Shown: positions 1 to 10,394, numbered from the stretch's first letter. The stretch: 64,000 nt of DNA from an uncultured bacterium (GCA_900549415.1 URNX01000009.1:25271-89270); one strand, 5' to 3'. Notes: generated by a model not told the origin, from the sequence alone. Made by a program: numbers and translations.

Positions 1-55
1 ATCCGAACACGGAAACCGAAAACAACGCCACCAGTAAAGATAAAGAAAATTTCAT
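1..55 (-). CDS. 5' end of a secreted protein gene continuing beyond the window start (partial)
   Basis: The reverse complement of 1-55 reads ATG AAA TTT TCT TTA TCT TTA CTG GTG GCG..., giving MKFSLSLLVALFSVSVFG, a signal-peptide-like N-terminus. The start sits 15 bp downstream of the stop of the 71..619 gene on the same strand. Confidence 0.35.
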   Translation of the reverse strand, partial: MKFSLSLLVALFSVSVFG

Positions 56-70
56 CGCCTGCATTCCTTG

Positions 71-619
71 TTACTTTGCGGGAACCTCAGGAAGAAAATC
101 ACACGCTCCAACCGTATACACCGCGGGCGCGCGGAAGGTCAGACGCAGCCGGACGTCTTTCACCGTTGCGGGGAGAAGCTCTTCTATTTCAAATTTCTGC
201 GCGGATTCTTTTGCATTGCATTTTCTGGCTTTCCAGAAATGCTCTCCCTTGCCGTCGACAACATTCTGTCCTTCGAAAAAGAGCTCAAACGGAGTTGCGG
301 GAACCGATGACATTTCCACTGTCAGACGCGCCTTTTTTCCGGGAACAACACCATTAAGCGGAATCCGGACGGTCACTTCCGTTGCAGGGTTTTCGCGGAA
401 AAATTCGCGGACGTCAATCACAAACTTTCCGTCCTTGATTTCCAGTTTCACCAAATCGGCCTTCGCCCTCGGATCGATATGAATATTCCCGAAATATTTC
501 TTTTCCGCTGTCTGCAGCCATGTTTTTTCAGGAGCGATTTTGATTCCATTCCAGTCGGAAACAAATCCGAAGGCGGATGCGGAAAGCATCAGGGCGAATG
601 CGGGGAGAAGTTTTTTCAT
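71..619 (-). CDS. hypothetical secreted protein (182 aa)
   Basis: The ORF begins MKKLLPAFALMLSASAFG, which reads as a signal peptide. It lies 29 bp downstream of the DUF1559 gene on the same strand, so it is an operon member. I recognised no family. Confidence 0.6.
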   Translation of the reverse strand: MKKLLPAFALMLSASAFGFVSDWNGIKIAPEKTWLQTAEKKYFGNIHIDPRAKADLVKLEIKDGKFVIDVREFFRENPATEVTVRIPLNGVVPGKKARLTVEMSSVPATPFELFFEGQNVVDGKGEHFWKARKCNAKESAQKFEIEELLPATVKDVRLRLTFRAPAVYTVGACDFLPEVPAK

Positions 620-648
620 TTCAACTGCCTTTCTGTGTTTTCAGGTTT

Positions 649-1425
649 TTATTGCAATTTTGTGTAGTACAAATCCTGCTCCGGCGTGGTGCCGTCGTAC
701 CAGGTTGGCCGGAATACCTTGATTGCCGCCGCATGACCGTCAAGCATCAGCATATTCGTGTTCAAACTGTGGTTCCAGCCCATTTCATTCGAGCTCCAGA
801 AAACCACCTCTGCGGTGGCTCCGGAAAAACCGCAGGCGGCCTCTCTGCTTCTTGAATTGTCCACAGGACGCTTTCCGGCGGCGTTGTTCTCCGCAAGAAG
901 AACCGCCCTGGACGCAGCCTTGATCTTGCCTGCACGCCTCGCATGAACAGAGGAATCCGTAAGATCAACCCACGAATAAAGCATTGCATAGCTGCGCGGC
1001 GAACCGATTCCGTTCTCAACCAAACGCCCGGAATCCGTCGGACACTGGAACACCTTCCACTTGTTGTCCGGCCAGCCGCCATCCCCGGAACGAACCTTGT
1101 AATTGAGAAAGCTTTTGCCGAAAACATAGTCCCAGTGATACTGTTGAGTGTACAGATGCGGCGCCCTTGCTTTATTGTTGTCGATCGGAGGCGCGATATA
1201 ATCATCAAAAGTGGACTGATACATCATTTCCGCCGTCCCGAGCTGTTTCAAATTGGACATGCAGGAAATCGCCCGTCCCTTTTCCCTTGCGGAATTCAGC
1301 GCGGGCAGCAGCATACCGGCCAAGATAGCAATAATCGCAATTACCACGAGAAGTTCTATAAGGGTGAATCTCCTGGACGCTTTCCCTGCGATGCAGAATG
1401 GATTGAAGATTGATTTCAGTTCCAT
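649..1425 (-). CDS. DUF1559 / prepilin-type N-terminal cleavage-methylation domain protein (type II secretion pseudopilin-like)
   Basis: The sequence [44 protein letters not shown] is the class-III signal and DUF1559 signature. The C-terminus carries LMLDGHA. I placed the start at the internal MELKS (ATG at 1423-1425). The upstream 27 codons of the 649..1506 ORF may not be coding. Confidence 0.8.
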   Translation of the reverse strand: MELKSIFNPFCIAGKASRRFTLIELLVVIAIIAILAGMLLPALNSAREKGRAISCMSNLKQLGTAEMMYQSTFDDYIAPPIDNNKARAPHLYTQQYHWDYVFGKSFLNYKVRSGDGGWPDNKWKVFQCPTDSGRLVENGIGSPRSYAMLYSWVDLTDSSVHARRAGKIKAASRAVLLAENNAAGKRPVDNSRSREAACGFSGATAEVVFWSSNEMGWNHSLNTNMLMLDGHAAAIKVFRPTWYDGTTPEQDLYYTKLQ

Positions 1426-1502
1426 AATGCTGTCCTTCCTTTCATTGTATCTTTTCAAAGTTTTGTCTGTCAAGTGTTGAGGGGTGAGCGGGTTTCCTGT
1501 TT

Positions 1503-2535
1503 TCATCTTGCAAAATCCTTTCTGAGCAATACGTTTTCCCTTTCTTCGATGACTGTTTCATAATACGGGTCTCTGCACTGTTCGCCAAAGCGGTCTTTTA
1601 ATGCAGCAGAACTCACGAATTCCATCGGCAGATAACAGGTGCGGACCTGCGGTTCCGGTTTCTCCACCATCTCAATCAGACGCTCGATCAGACGCGGAAC
1701 CTTTTCTTTGAACGGCTCGAACATCGCCCCCAGAACATTCGGAGCCTCAAAATAATCGAACGGCAGAGAGTAACTGTTAATCAGCGGCGGAATGTTCCGG
1801 ATTTCATTGCTGTAACAGTAAATCTGGAACTTTCTCGCAACGATGCTGGACAAAAAGAAGAGACACGCCTTCCGGTCCTGCGCAACGGCAAGGATTTGCG
1901 GAGCCGATCCGAACCGGATGAAATCCACTGCAACGCCGCATTCGGTCCCGCACTTCTTCGCAGCTCCGATCGGCATCTGGTCGCCGACAATCACAAAAAG
2001 GACATTGCGGATACCCTTTTTCACAAGCATCGCAAACGCATCGCGGAAACATTGGCAGTAATCCCGCAGGAACATATTGCATTCCGGATGCTCCGTTGTC
2101 AGAAGGAGGGGATAGTTCCGCACATAATCCGGCAGAGGCTTCTCGGGATCAAAATCCAGCGTGTAAAGAATCCCGTCCGCCTGGCGGTTCATAAGATTCT
2201 GCAGACACTTCTGCTCTTTTTCCTTGTTGAACCGCGTCACGGAAATCAGCAGCTGATACCCGTGTTTGTCCGCCTCGTCAAGCAGCATCTCCGAAGAGAA
2301 GCCGGAATAGACGCTTGCAATATCGGCAATGACAAGCCCGAGCGTTTTGCTTTTCCCTTATCTTCAGCGAACGGGCGGTGGCCGAGGGCTGATAATTCAT
2401 CTCGCGCACGGCCTCATCAATCTTGCGCTTCGTATCTTCCGACATTCGAGCGAGCGGATGATCGTTCAGATACATCGAAACAAGCGCAGTCGAGACGCCG
2501 ACCCGCTCCGCTATATCTTTAATTCTTGTTCTCAT
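1503..2535 (-). pseudogene. LacI-family transcriptional regulator interrupted by a 1-bp insertion frameshift (HTH part 2278..2535, ligand-binding part 1503..2288)
   Basis: The N-terminal HTH reads MRTRIKDIAERVGVSTALVSMYLNDHPLARMSEDTKRKIDEAVREMNYQPSATARSLK. After that the frame is lost. The downstream ORF continues with a LacI-type periplasmic-binding fold homologous to 8873..9916. The DNA near 2358 reads gaagataaggg, against gaagaaaggg in the paralog. Confidence 0.7.
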
Positions 2536-2575
2536 CCGACCTCCGCTGGTTATATGCTGTATCGTTTCAGCACTT

Positions 2576-2608
2576 TTAATTATAGCACATTTCCCTTGTT
2601 TTGTCAAC
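2576..2608 (-). promoter_or_regulatory. sigma70-type promoter on the minus strand: TTGACA (rc of 2602-2607), 17 bp spacer, TGcTATAAT (rc of 2579-2584)
   Basis: The reverse complement reads GTTGACAaaacaagggaaatgtgcTATAATtaa. The LacI start codon at 2535 follows, with a GGAGG site 5-9 nt upstream of it. Confidence 0.5.
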
Positions 2609-2695
2609 CCCCTGTTTTGAAAAAAAAATCAAAAAAAAACGGAAGACACGGCGCCCTCCAGACGCATCTTCCGTTTCCATTACCGGAAAAATCTC

Positions 2696-4129
2696 TCAGA
2701 TAATTTCTATTCCGGAGTGCCCCGCCGGACATGCGAGCTCGCGTCCGCGGAAAATCAGCCGGAACGGCTGAATGCAGTCAACCGAAATCCGGTCGTTCTC
2801 CAGAACCAGCGAAATCCGGTTCCCGCCAAGCGGAAGATTTTTCATCCCCATCCTGCCGCTTCCGCCGGGAAGCCACTCAATCCGCTGTTCCGCCGCATCC
2901 ATCCGGACCAGACCGACGACATTTTCGATCATCAACGCAATCGGACCCAACGCGGACCAGCCGCAGAAGTCCTGACGGACAAGTTCATTCACCTTGTTCG
3001 TCGAAGGTCTGTACGCCGTCGGCGAATAGCACTCCCAGATCGTGTGCGGAGAGAACTCGCGGAAAGTGCGCTCCATCATCTCGACCAGACGTTTCGCAAG
3101 TTCCGCCGCGAGTTCGAAACGTCCGTATTCCTCGCACGCCTTGACGGACATGTAGGCGACGGGCAGCCAGATTCCGCCACGCCAATATGCTCCCTCCGGA
3201 CGAAAATCGGGATCGTCGTGCGCCACGCTTGCGAACGGGAAATCGCCGCCGAGCTTCCGCGGATCGAGCAGAGAACGGATCTGCGACTCCGCCTGCTCCC
3301 TTGTCGCGCAATGCGCCGCAAGCACCCAGAATGACGCCGGAGTCAGCACGCGGCAGAACCCGCTTCCGTCACGGTAACGGTCCAGAAAACAGCCCGTTTC
3401 CGGATCGAAATATTTCGCGAGCAAAGCGGTTTTTTCAGCGTATTCCCGCTCAAAATGTTCCATGGCGGCGCGGTCGCCGGCAATCGCGCCGATCTCGGCG
3501 ATGCAGCGGGCGGAAAGAGCCTGCTGAGCCGGAGCGTCCACCCAGTGAATGGCGTCGTAACGGCCGCGCCCGCGCGGGGTGTTGTCCATGCCGGAGGGAC
3601 AGCCCGCCCAGCAGTAGCCGTCGCGCTCGCGACGCCAGACCGGACGTTCCGCCTGATACGGCATGCGGTCGGGGTCAAGATTTTCGAGCCAGTTGTAATG
3701 GGAAATCAGGACGGGGAGAATCTTCTTCAGCCGCGCCTCGTCGCCCGTCTGACGGTAGAGCAGGAGTTCGGTCCACGCGAACAGCGGCGGATTGTCAAGG
3801 TGGTGGATGTTGATCGGATACCCCGAACGCCCGTCGCGCAAGGCGTAGAGATTGTCGAGCGTGCTGCAAACGGGATACACATCGGCCGCATAGCGGCAGA
3901 ACATGCCCATGAGACAGGAATCCCAGATCCAGATGCGGTCCCGTTTGCAACCCTCTCCGATGTACGGAGAGAAGGGAAGGGATTCCGTTTCATAGATATG
4001 TTCCCACGCCTGCTTCCACGCGAGATAATAAAAGTCGACGAGAGCGGGGTTGGCGTCATAAATGAGTTCCGGCACGAGTTCCCTGCGGAACGGACGGCTG
4101 TTTTCGGTGTAGTGCACTGTTTCCGGCAT
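2696..4129 (-). CDS. six-hairpin (alpha/alpha)6 glycoside hydrolase, GH63/trehalase-like
   Basis: The 477-aa protein contains IWIWDSCLMGMF and AYWRGGIWLPVAYM, typical of (alpha/alpha)6-barrel glycosidases. It is the last gene of a tightly spaced operon. The exact GH family is uncertain. Confidence 0.55.
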   Translation of the reverse strand: MPETVHYTENSRPFRRELVPELIYDANPALVDFYYLAWKQAWEHIYETESLPFSPYIGEGCKRDRIWIWDSCLMGMFCRYAADVYPVCSTLDNLYALRDGRSGYPINIHHLDNPPLFAWTELLLYRQTGDEARLKKILPVLISHYNWLENLDPDRMPYQAERPVWRRERDGYCWAGCPSGMDNTPRGRGRYDAIHWVDAPAQQALSARCIAEIGAIAGDRAAMEHFEREYAEKTALLAKYFDPETGCFLDRYRDGSGFCRVLTPASFWVLAAHCATREQAESQIRSLLDPRKLGGDFPFASVAHDDPDFRPEGAYWRGGIWLPVAYMSVKACEEYGRFELAAELAKRLVEMMERTFREFSPHTIWECYSPTAYRPSTNKVNELVRQDFCGWSALGPIALMIENVVGLVRMDAAEQRIEWLPGGSGRMGMKNLPLGGNRISLVLENDRISVDCIQPFRLIFRGRELACPAGHSGIEII

Positions 4130-4140
4130 GATAAGAATCC

Positions 4141-4839
4141 TTATCTTAATGATTCAAGGGCTTCGAGAATCGAGAGCTTGCCCGGCGTCAGCGGCTGAAG
4201 ACGCGTCAGCGCCTCCGCATAAGGAACACCGAGCTTCTGTCCGTAGAAAATGTTGATCTCCCTTTCTTCCCGGAAGAGCCAGGCGGGGGACTGCGAGCGG
4301 TAGAGGTCGATCATCTCCTCTTTCCGCTTCATCTCCTCTTCGTTCAGCGGGACGAAACAGTTCGGAGAATCGGCCATGCTGTTGCGGAGATAATGATAGA
4401 AGAGGACTTCGGGCCAGGAACCGGTCATCTGCCCCTCGGAGAGTCCGGAAGCGATGCGCAAAGCCTGAAGAGCGGTGTCCGCGGCCGCGGTATGATCAAG
4501 ATGGCGGTCGAGCGGCCACTGAGTGATGATCGCGTGCGGAGGTTCCGCGAGATAGAGCTCCGCAAGTTTGCGGCAGCCGGATTCGGAGGCGAACGCGGCG
4601 CCGTCGGCTTCATCCAGCCAGACGATGTCCGCGCCGAGCTTCCGGCAGACTTCGCTTTCTTCGGCGCTGCGCATTTTCGCGCACTCCTCCGGCGCGATTT
4701 TCCCGACGAGACTGCGCTCTCCATGCGTCAGATCGACGACATGTAGGCGGCAGTTTTTCTTCCGGCTCAGCTTCAGCGCCGTCCCCATGACGGCGCAGAG
4801 ATCATCGGGATGCGCATTGACAAAATAAATATGTTCCAT
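4141..4839 (-). CDS. PIG-L/LmbE family N-acetylglucosaminyl deacetylase (CE14-like)
   Basis: The N-terminus FVNAHPDDLCAVMGT matches the HPDDE zinc-binding motif of PIG-L/LmbE deacetylases. The gene is about 232 aa. Confidence 0.8.
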   Translation of the reverse strand: MEHIYFVNAHPDDLCAVMGTALKLSRKKNCRLHVVDLTHGERSLVGKIAPEECAKMRSAEESEVCRKLGADIVWLDEADGAAFASESGCRKLAELYLAEPPHAIITQWPLDRHLDHTAAADTALQALRIASGLSEGQMTGSWPEVLFYHYLRNSMADSPNCFVPLNEEEMKRKEEMIDLYRSQSPAWLFREEREINIFYGQKLGVPYAEALTRLQPLTPGKLSILEALESLR

Positions 4840-4858
4840 GACAATACCTCAAATGAAA

Positions 4859-7800
4859 TCAGCGGGTGATGCAGTACGCCATTACGCCGCCTTTGAAAAG
4901 ATCCGTCGCAACACGGAAACGGTTGTTTTCAACCCGGACCGCTCCCAGCTCATCCCCATCCGCGGAAAGTGCGGTGACTTTGACTGGACCATCCAGCGCG
5001 AGCTCCACTTCCGCGCTGCCGCGGCGAACCAGGAGCGGAAGGCTTCCGTAATCATCCACGATGCGGCAGTCCGGATCAAAAAAGGTATCGCCCGAGTTCG
5101 CCGTATCCGTGAGATGCAGCAGAAGGATTTTGCGGCTTTCGCGCAGCCCGTCTCCGTCCAGCGACAGCGCGGCAACGGTTCCGAAAGTATCCATTCTACG
5201 CACCGAAAGGATTCCGCCCGTCACAGCATCGCCTGTTCCCGTGAACGACTCCAAGCGGGGAGTGCACACCGTCATGTGTCTGCCGGCGAAATCTGCGGTG
5301 ATTTCCCCTGTGGAACTGACCGCGCGTCTGCCGGCGAGACTTTCCCGCCAGAGTGCAGAAACCGCTCCGGAAAGATTCGCTTCGCTGAACTCCCGCATTT
5401 CTTCCGGCAGACTCATTCCCTTCCGGTGCGAACCCGTGCGGACCAGAAGTCCGAGTTTCGTGAACGGTTCGGGAAACTCAAGCGGCTCCCCTGTGGTGAG
5501 AATGTTTTCCGAAACGGCAAAGGAGTATCCCTCTTCCGCCGGGCGGACGTCGCCCCGCAAAAACATTGCCGCCGTAATCCGGTCCGAAAGCTGCATGACG
5601 GGATCTGCGACCGATTCAAAGCAGCTGAATGCATTGCGGTTCTTCATGTAGAGGAGAACATTGTGCGAGTAGCAGAAACGGAAAATTCCCGTCCAGTCCT
5701 GCAATGCCGGATACGCGCCCATCACCGGCCCGGTCTCCGCACGGAAACGGTTCGGGCGGCAATGATTGTATTCCGTCACAAAAAACGGCTTGCCCGGAAT
5801 GCGGCTTGTCGTCAGAACCGCGGGCAGATCCAGCCCCGTTGCAATCCCGGCCAGCTGATGATGCCCGTTGACCGTGCGTCCCTTGATGCGGACATCCACG
5901 CGGTGGTCGTGATAATAGTGGTCGTCTGTCACATCGAATTTTTCGCGCAGAAGCGTAAAGATTTTTTTCTGATGCCAGTTGATGCTTGTCACATTCGCCT
6001 GAAGTTTCAGTTCTTCTTTGACAAACGCCGTCAGTTCCGCGAGTTCTCCGCGCTTCAGCTCAAAAAGGAAACGGATGAAATCCCTGTCGCCCGTGTCCGC
6101 TTTTGCAGAAGAGCAGCCGTTTTTCTTTTTCCATTCCGCAAAGAGCTGAATGTGGCGGTCGCGCACCGCCGGTTCCGTATTCCAGTCCCAAAGCGGGTCA
6201 TCCTCGTTGATCAGATTTACCATCACCAGAGCGGGATCCTCCGCCCAGGTAAGTCCGGTATACGGGTTGCGGTGCGTCAGCCATGCCCGGACGAACGCTT
6301 TCCAGTTCTCTCTTGCGCGCGGGTCGCTCTGAAACGCGCCCTTGGCATTCCGGTACGGCAGGTTGTCGCCACTCCGGAAACGGCGGCTGGCGTAGAGGTC
6401 GGTGACAACATAAATCCCCTGTTTTTTGAATGCGGCGAACAGATAGTCCAGACGGTCGAGATTTTCTTTGTTCAGCGTCACAGAATCTGCGGAAGCGGGA
6501 TCGACAAGCCCGTCGTCATGGTGATGAAAGCGCACTGCATTGTAACCGTTGCGCGCAATCTGGCGGACAACAGAATCTGCAACTTCATGCGCGGGGAAGT
6601 TCATCGTATTGCAGAAATTGGTTCCGAAAAGACGCAGCCGCTTCTCCGGAGCATTCCGGAAACGGAGCGTTCCATCCGGCGCGGGAACCGCCGCACCGTA
6701 TTTTCCCGCCGGAGCGTCCAGCAGTCCCGAAAAATCCAGCGGGCTGCCCGGACGCGTCGAATTGCGGAACTCCAGCGGGAACCACTCCTTTCCCGCGACA
6801 ATCTTAACCGAGCTTTCCTGAGCGGGAAAGAAAATTTCCCCTTCAGTAAAAGTCATGCCGAGAATCAGCCAGATCACCTGGCTGCTGTTTGTATGGAAAG
6901 TCACGGAAACCGGATTTTTTCCCGCTGGAAAAGGAAAAGTCGAACAATACACACCAAGCATACTGTCCGACCGCATTCCCGTCCATGCGATTGCCGCATT
7001 GGGCAGCGGGCGCGGCCCCACCCAGTTTCCGCAGTCCCGGAGCCCGCTTACCGGAAAAGTCTTTCCGGAACCGTCGGAAAACTGAATCCGGACTTCCCCG
7101 AATTCATCCGGCGGGGTCCACGCGGATGTATGAAAAAGATTCAGTGCGCGGACCGGACGTTTCATTGAAACCGGAATGGTCATTGAGGCGGGAACTCCGC
7201 CGCGTTCTTTCCCGCCGACCGCCGCCGCTCCGCGCGGAGAAACCGCAAAACAGATTCCGAGCGGATTCACCTCCGTCTCCCGGAACATCGAAAGCGAAGC
7301 ATCTTCCCCCTGAAGCGTCCACACCGGAAGCGTGCCGCCCGCGCGTCCGGAGAACGCGCGGTTGATAAACGGCTCCAATGCAACCGGATGAGAAGCGACC
7401 GGCTCGACAGAAAGATTCAGAATGAGCTCCGATTTTGAAAATCCCGTTTTTCCGGTACGGAAGACAAAGAACACGGCAATGCTGTTGCTTCCATACTTTC
7501 GGTTGTCCTGAATCATCACATAGTCGCACGTCTGCGGCTTGACGACCAGCTCCTCCGCGCCGATCCCGCGCAGACGCACGGTTTTCGGATGTCCGAGATA
7601 AAGACGGGGGCTTCCGTTCTGCTTTTCCGGAATCGCAATCTCTTTTCCATCCACGGAAACCGCACATTTTCCAGCCGGCAGGGTAAAGCTCCCCGAAACA
7701 CGGTTCAGCTGACAGGGCTCCTGCATGTTCAGAGTCGAACGGAACGCAATCGAACCGTTTTCAAGCGGAGTTACAGTTTCGGTAATTTCGCCGCGACCGC

Positions 7801-8044
7801 TTCCGGCTTCCGGCAGAACAAATCCGCGGAGATCCACGCCCGCTTTGCCGGATTTCCCGTCTCTCTCCTGCCAGTCCTTATTCGCAAACGGCTGCCATCT
7901 GGCATTCGAAACCGTGATTTCAAACGCAATTCCGTTGAATGTAAACGTCCCGTCCGGTTCGGTTTTCAGCGACGCCGGCAGCTGCGGCGCAGCTGAAACA
8001 AACGCGCAGAGCATGGACAATACAGCGGCAAAGATATGTTTCAT
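4859..8044 (-). CDS. secreted clan GH-A (GH5-like) glycoside hydrolase with a large N-terminal non-catalytic region (1061 aa)
   Basis: There is a signal peptide MKHIFAAVLSMLCAFVSA. NAVRFHHHDDG and VNLINEDDP give the acid/base NE motif. PFFVTEYNHC gives the TE nucleophile motif. Confidence 0.75.
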   Translation of the reverse strand: MKHIFAAVLSMLCAFVSAAPQLPASLKTEPDGTFTFNGIAFEITVSNARWQPFANKDWQERDGKSGKAGVDLRGFVLPEAGSGRGEITETVTPLENGSIAFRSTLNMQEPCQLNRVSGSFTLPAGKCAVSVDGKEIAIPEKQNGSPRLYLGHPKTVRLRGIGAEELVVKPQTCDYVMIQDNRKYGSNSIAVFFVFRTGKTGFSKSELILNLSVEPVASHPVALEPFINRAFSGRAGGTLPVWTLQGEDASLSMFRETEVNPLGICFAVSPRGAAAVGGKERGGVPASMTIPVSMKRPVRALNLFHTSAWTPPDEFGEVRIQFSDGSGKTFPVSGLRDCGNWVGPRPLPNAAIAWTGMRSDSMLGVYCSTFPFPAGKNPVSVTFHTNSSQVIWLILGMTFTEGEIFFPAQESSVKIVAGKEWFPLEFRNSTRPGSPLDFSGLLDAPAGKYGAAVPAPDGTLRFRNAPEKRLRLFGTNFCNTMNFPAHEVADSVVRQIARNGYNAVRFHHHDDGLVDPASADSVTLNKENLDRLDYLFAAFKKQGIYVVTDLYASRRFRSGDNLPYRNAKGAFQSDPRARENWKAFVRAWLTHRNPYTGLTWAEDPALVMVNLINEDDPLWDWNTEPAVRDRHIQLFAEWKKKNGCSSAKADTGDRDFIRFLFELKRGELAELTAFVKEELKLQANVTSINWHQKKIFTLLREKFDVTDDHYYHDHRVDVRIKGRTVNGHHQLAGIATGLDLPAVLTTSRIPGKPFFVTEYNHCRPNRFRAETGPVMGAYPALQDWTGIFRFCYSHNVLLYMKNRNAFSCFESVADPVMQLSDRITAAMFLRGDVRPAEEGYSFAVSENILTTGEPLEFPEPFTKLGLLVRTGSHRKGMSLPEEMREFSEANLSGAVSALWRESLAGRRAVSSTGEITADFAGRHMTVCTPRLESFTGTGDAVTGGILSVRRMDTFGTVAALSLDGDGLRESRKILLLHLTDTANSGDTFFDPDCRIVDDYGSLPLLVRRGSAEVELALDGPVKVTALSADGDELGAVRVENNRFRVATDLFKGGVMAYCITR

Positions 8045-8069
8045 GACTGAGTCTCCTTATTCCTCTGAA

Positions 8070-8825
8070 TTACCAGTGTACTGCCGTGTCTTTCAGAATA
8101 TTTTTGTAAATGAATTCCGAACCGACGACACCCGGCACGCGGCTGACAATGCTGCCGACATGGCCGTCCGCAAACGTAATGTTCACCTGCGTGTTGTTTT
8201 TGTGCGCAACCCACAGAATCCCATTCCACGAAGTATTGAAATCATACGGCGGGCAGAACGAATATTCGCCGCGCGTGATGACTCCGGATGCAACATGTGC
8301 GCTGTCGGCAACAAGCAGTTTTTCAGAAGGTCTCGTCACGCGCGCTTTTTTACTCGGGGTTCCCCATTTCCCCGGCATCATGCGGTAGGGAACACCGTAA
8401 TCCGTATCGCGCCATGCATCGCGATAGGGTTCTTCGCTCGAAAACGGCATGGTCAGCAATCTTTCCTTATAGACTCCTGTTTCACCTTTTCTACCCGCGC
8501 AGAGAAAGATTTTCACGGTTGCATACTTGCTGTTTGCGAACTGCCAGCCCCAGTAATCCTCTTTGGAATTATCCGTCGGGCGGGTATAGCTTGAATACGG
8601 GAGGAAATCATCGTTGTCCCCCACGTACATATCCATCGCCGTTCCGAGCTGCTTCAGATTCGATACACACGACGACGAATACGCCGTATCCCTCGCCTTG
8701 TTCAGAGCAGGCAGAAGCATTCCTGCTAAAATAGCAATAATTGCTATTACGACCAGGAGCTCTATAAGCGTGAAACGCTTCTTCGCACCGTTCCGTTTTC
8801 CGTTCTTCTTTGTTCTGGTAATCAT
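8070..8825 (-). CDS. DUF1559 prepilin-type protein
   Basis: [45 protein letters not shown] is the N-terminal signature. The C-terminus carries [10 protein letters not shown], the conserved H..G.N..F.DGHV motif. Confidence 0.85.
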   Translation of the reverse strand: MITRTKKNGKRNGAKKRFTLIELLVVIAIIAILAGMLLPALNKARDTAYSSSCVSNLKQLGTAMDMYVGDNDDFLPYSSYTRPTDNSKEDYWGWQFANSKYATVKIFLCAGRKGETGVYKERLLTMPFSSEEPYRDAWRDTDYGVPYRMMPGKWGTPSKKARVTRPSEKLLVADSAHVASGVITRGEYSFCPPYDFNTSWNGILWVAHKNNTQVNITFADGHVGSIVSRVPGVVGSEFIYKNILKDTAVHW

Positions 8826-8872
8826 ACTGCGTCCTTTCTGTGTTATTCTGTATTGTTATCCTGTAAAACCTT

Positions 8873-9916
8873 TTACCGGTCCAGATCTTCCTGACTGACA
8901 TTGTCCGCGCGCTCCTGCACAATAACGCTGTAATAGGGATCCGCTTTCTGACGCTCATAATACGCACGGACTCCTGCGCGATCCATAAACTGCGCGGGAA
9001 CCGTCTCCTGGCGCAGATCTTCCGGATTTTCGATCATCTCGATCATCCGCCGCATCTCCCCCGCGACATGTTCCCGGAAGGGACTCACCAGAGCGCCGAT
9101 CACCCGCGGATGCTCGAAGTAATCGTACGGGAGTGTATAGCTGTTCACGACAAGCGGAATCTCACGCACCCCGTTCTCCTTGCAGCAGAGCAGAAACCGG
9201 CGCGCGTGAACGCTCGAAAAGAACACAAGGCACTCCGCGTTCACCCGGCGGGCCTCCTCCAGAATTCCCGCAAGATTTTTATCCGGGAATTTGCAGCCCG
9301 CAAACACGACATCCTCCGGAACGATCCCTTCGCGGTCGGCGGCGGCAAGCGGGTTTTCATCTACGGCCAGCACGCGCCGGATTCCCCGTGCGCCAAGCTC
9401 GGCAAACAGCTTCCGCATCCCCTCCCGGTAGCTCACCGTGAACGAATTGCACACCGGATTCCGGTAATGCGTCAGCAGTATCGGATAGTTGCGCAGATAC
9501 TCCGGAAACGGCGTCGAAGCCCCAAGATAAAGCGTGCACAGAATGCCGTCCGCCTGACGCGAAAAGAGGTTCTGAAGACACTTCAGTTCCTGTTCCCGGC
9601 TGTAGCGCGTGAGGGAGATCAGGAGCTGATAGTCATACTTCTCCGCCTCCTCCAGAAGCATCTGTGAATAGAAGCTTGAGTAGACTCCCGCGATTTCGCC
9701 GATGACAAGCCCGAGCGTTTTGCTTTTCCCTTTCTTCAGCGAACGCGCGGTGGCCGAGGGCTGATAGTTCAGTTCGCGCACGGCTTCGTCTATCCGCTGT
9801 TTCGTCTTCTCCGCCATCCGCGCGGAAAGCGGGTGATGATTCAGATAAAGCGAGACCATCGTCGTGGAAACTCCCGCCCGTTCCGCCACATCTTTGATCC
9901 TGACCCGCATTTCCAT
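8873..9916 (-). CDS. LacI-family transcriptional regulator (intact paralog of 1503..2535)
   Basis: The HTH reads MRVRIKDVAERAGVSTTMVSLYLNHHPLS...ELNYQPSATARSL. A full periplasmic-binding-protein-like domain follows, 347 aa in total. Confidence 0.9.
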   Translation of the reverse strand: MEMRVRIKDVAERAGVSTTMVSLYLNHHPLSARMAEKTKQRIDEAVRELNYQPSATARSLKKGKSKTLGLVIGEIAGVYSSFYSQMLLEEAEKYDYQLLISLTRYSREQELKCLQNLFSRQADGILCTLYLGASTPFPEYLRNYPILLTHYRNPVCNSFTVSYREGMRKLFAELGARGIRRVLAVDENPLAAADREGIVPEDVVFAGCKFPDKNLAGILEEARRVNAECLVFFSSVHARRFLLCCKENGVREIPLVVNSYTLPYDYFEHPRVIGALVSPFREHVAGEMRRMIEMIENPEDLRQETVPAQFMDRAGVRAYYERQKADPYYSVIVQERADNVSQEDLDR

Positions 9917-9930
9917 CTCTCCTGTTAAAA

Positions 9931-9983
9931 TGTTACATCGTTGTAACAGTATTAATTATAGCACATCCCCCCGATTTTGTCAA
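9931..9983 (-). promoter_or_regulatory. sigma70 promoter plus operator-like palindrome for the LacI-DUF1559-GH operon
   Basis: The reverse complement gives TTGACA (9978-9983), a 17-bp spacer and TGcTATAAT (9955-9960). The palindrome TGTTACAtcgtTGTAACA at 9931-9948 lies between the -10 element and the ATG at 9916. Confidence 0.5.
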
Positions 9984-10175
9984 CCCCCTGTTTAAAAGAT
10001 TTTTTAAAAAAAGAGCAAATTCCGCGCTTTTCTTAAGACGATTGAATCGTTTACTCTTGACTTTTTTAAATTCCGTGGTATTTTAAACGCGTGCAAATCC
10101 GGAATCTTCCCTGATTCGGGATAGGATTGCATGGGATGTATTACGATTCTTTGGCAAATAATAAGGAGGTCGCAC

Positions 10176-10394
10176 ATGGCTTCAAATGCGGAATTCAATC
10201 TGAAACGGTTGGAGAAGACAACTCTTCCCATGGATTTCGTCCGTGCACACTCCGGTGAGTGGGATCACCAGGCGTGGCTTGAGTTCTGTGCTTCCCTTGA
10301 AGACAAAGGATACACGCCGATCGACCTCGATCAGGTCGGGCTCCTTCTGGAACAGAAAAAAATGGAATACTGGGCCGAAAGGAACTCGAAATAA
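10176..10394 (+). CDS. small hypothetical protein (72 aa)
   Basis: The ATG at 10176 is preceded by AAGGAGG 7 nt upstream. The protein begins MASNAEFNLKRLEKTTLPMDFVRAHSGEWDHQAW... and sits immediately upstream of rsmI. I recognised no family. Confidence 0.45.
   Translation: MASNAEFNLKRLEKTTLPMDFVRAHSGEWDHQAWLEFCASLEDKGYTPIDLDQVGLLLEQKKMEYWAERNSK

Noticed and set aside
943-1413. Antisense ORFs containing [14 protein letters not shown]-like peptides (also 8614..8898 and 36857..37153).
   Set aside because: They are mirror-frame translations of the conserved [19 protein letters not shown] segment of the DUF1559 genes. They recur because the underlying DNA is conserved, not because they are coding.
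4838-7168. A 776-aa ORF on the plus strand inside the GH5 gene region.
   Set aside because: It runs antisense to a well-supported gene (signal peptide, NE/TE catalytic motifs, operon fit). Its translation is Arg/Ser/Ala-rich with no motifs, the typical spurious long antisense ORF of GC-rich DNA.
10040-10130. An imperfect hairpin ATCCGGAATC...GATTCGGGAT and a possible TTGACT-N16-TATTTT promoter upstream of the small gene/rsmI: a riboswitch?
   Set aside because: The stem has a G-G mismatch and I recognised no riboswitch consensus. I list it only as a probable promoter or 5' UTR.
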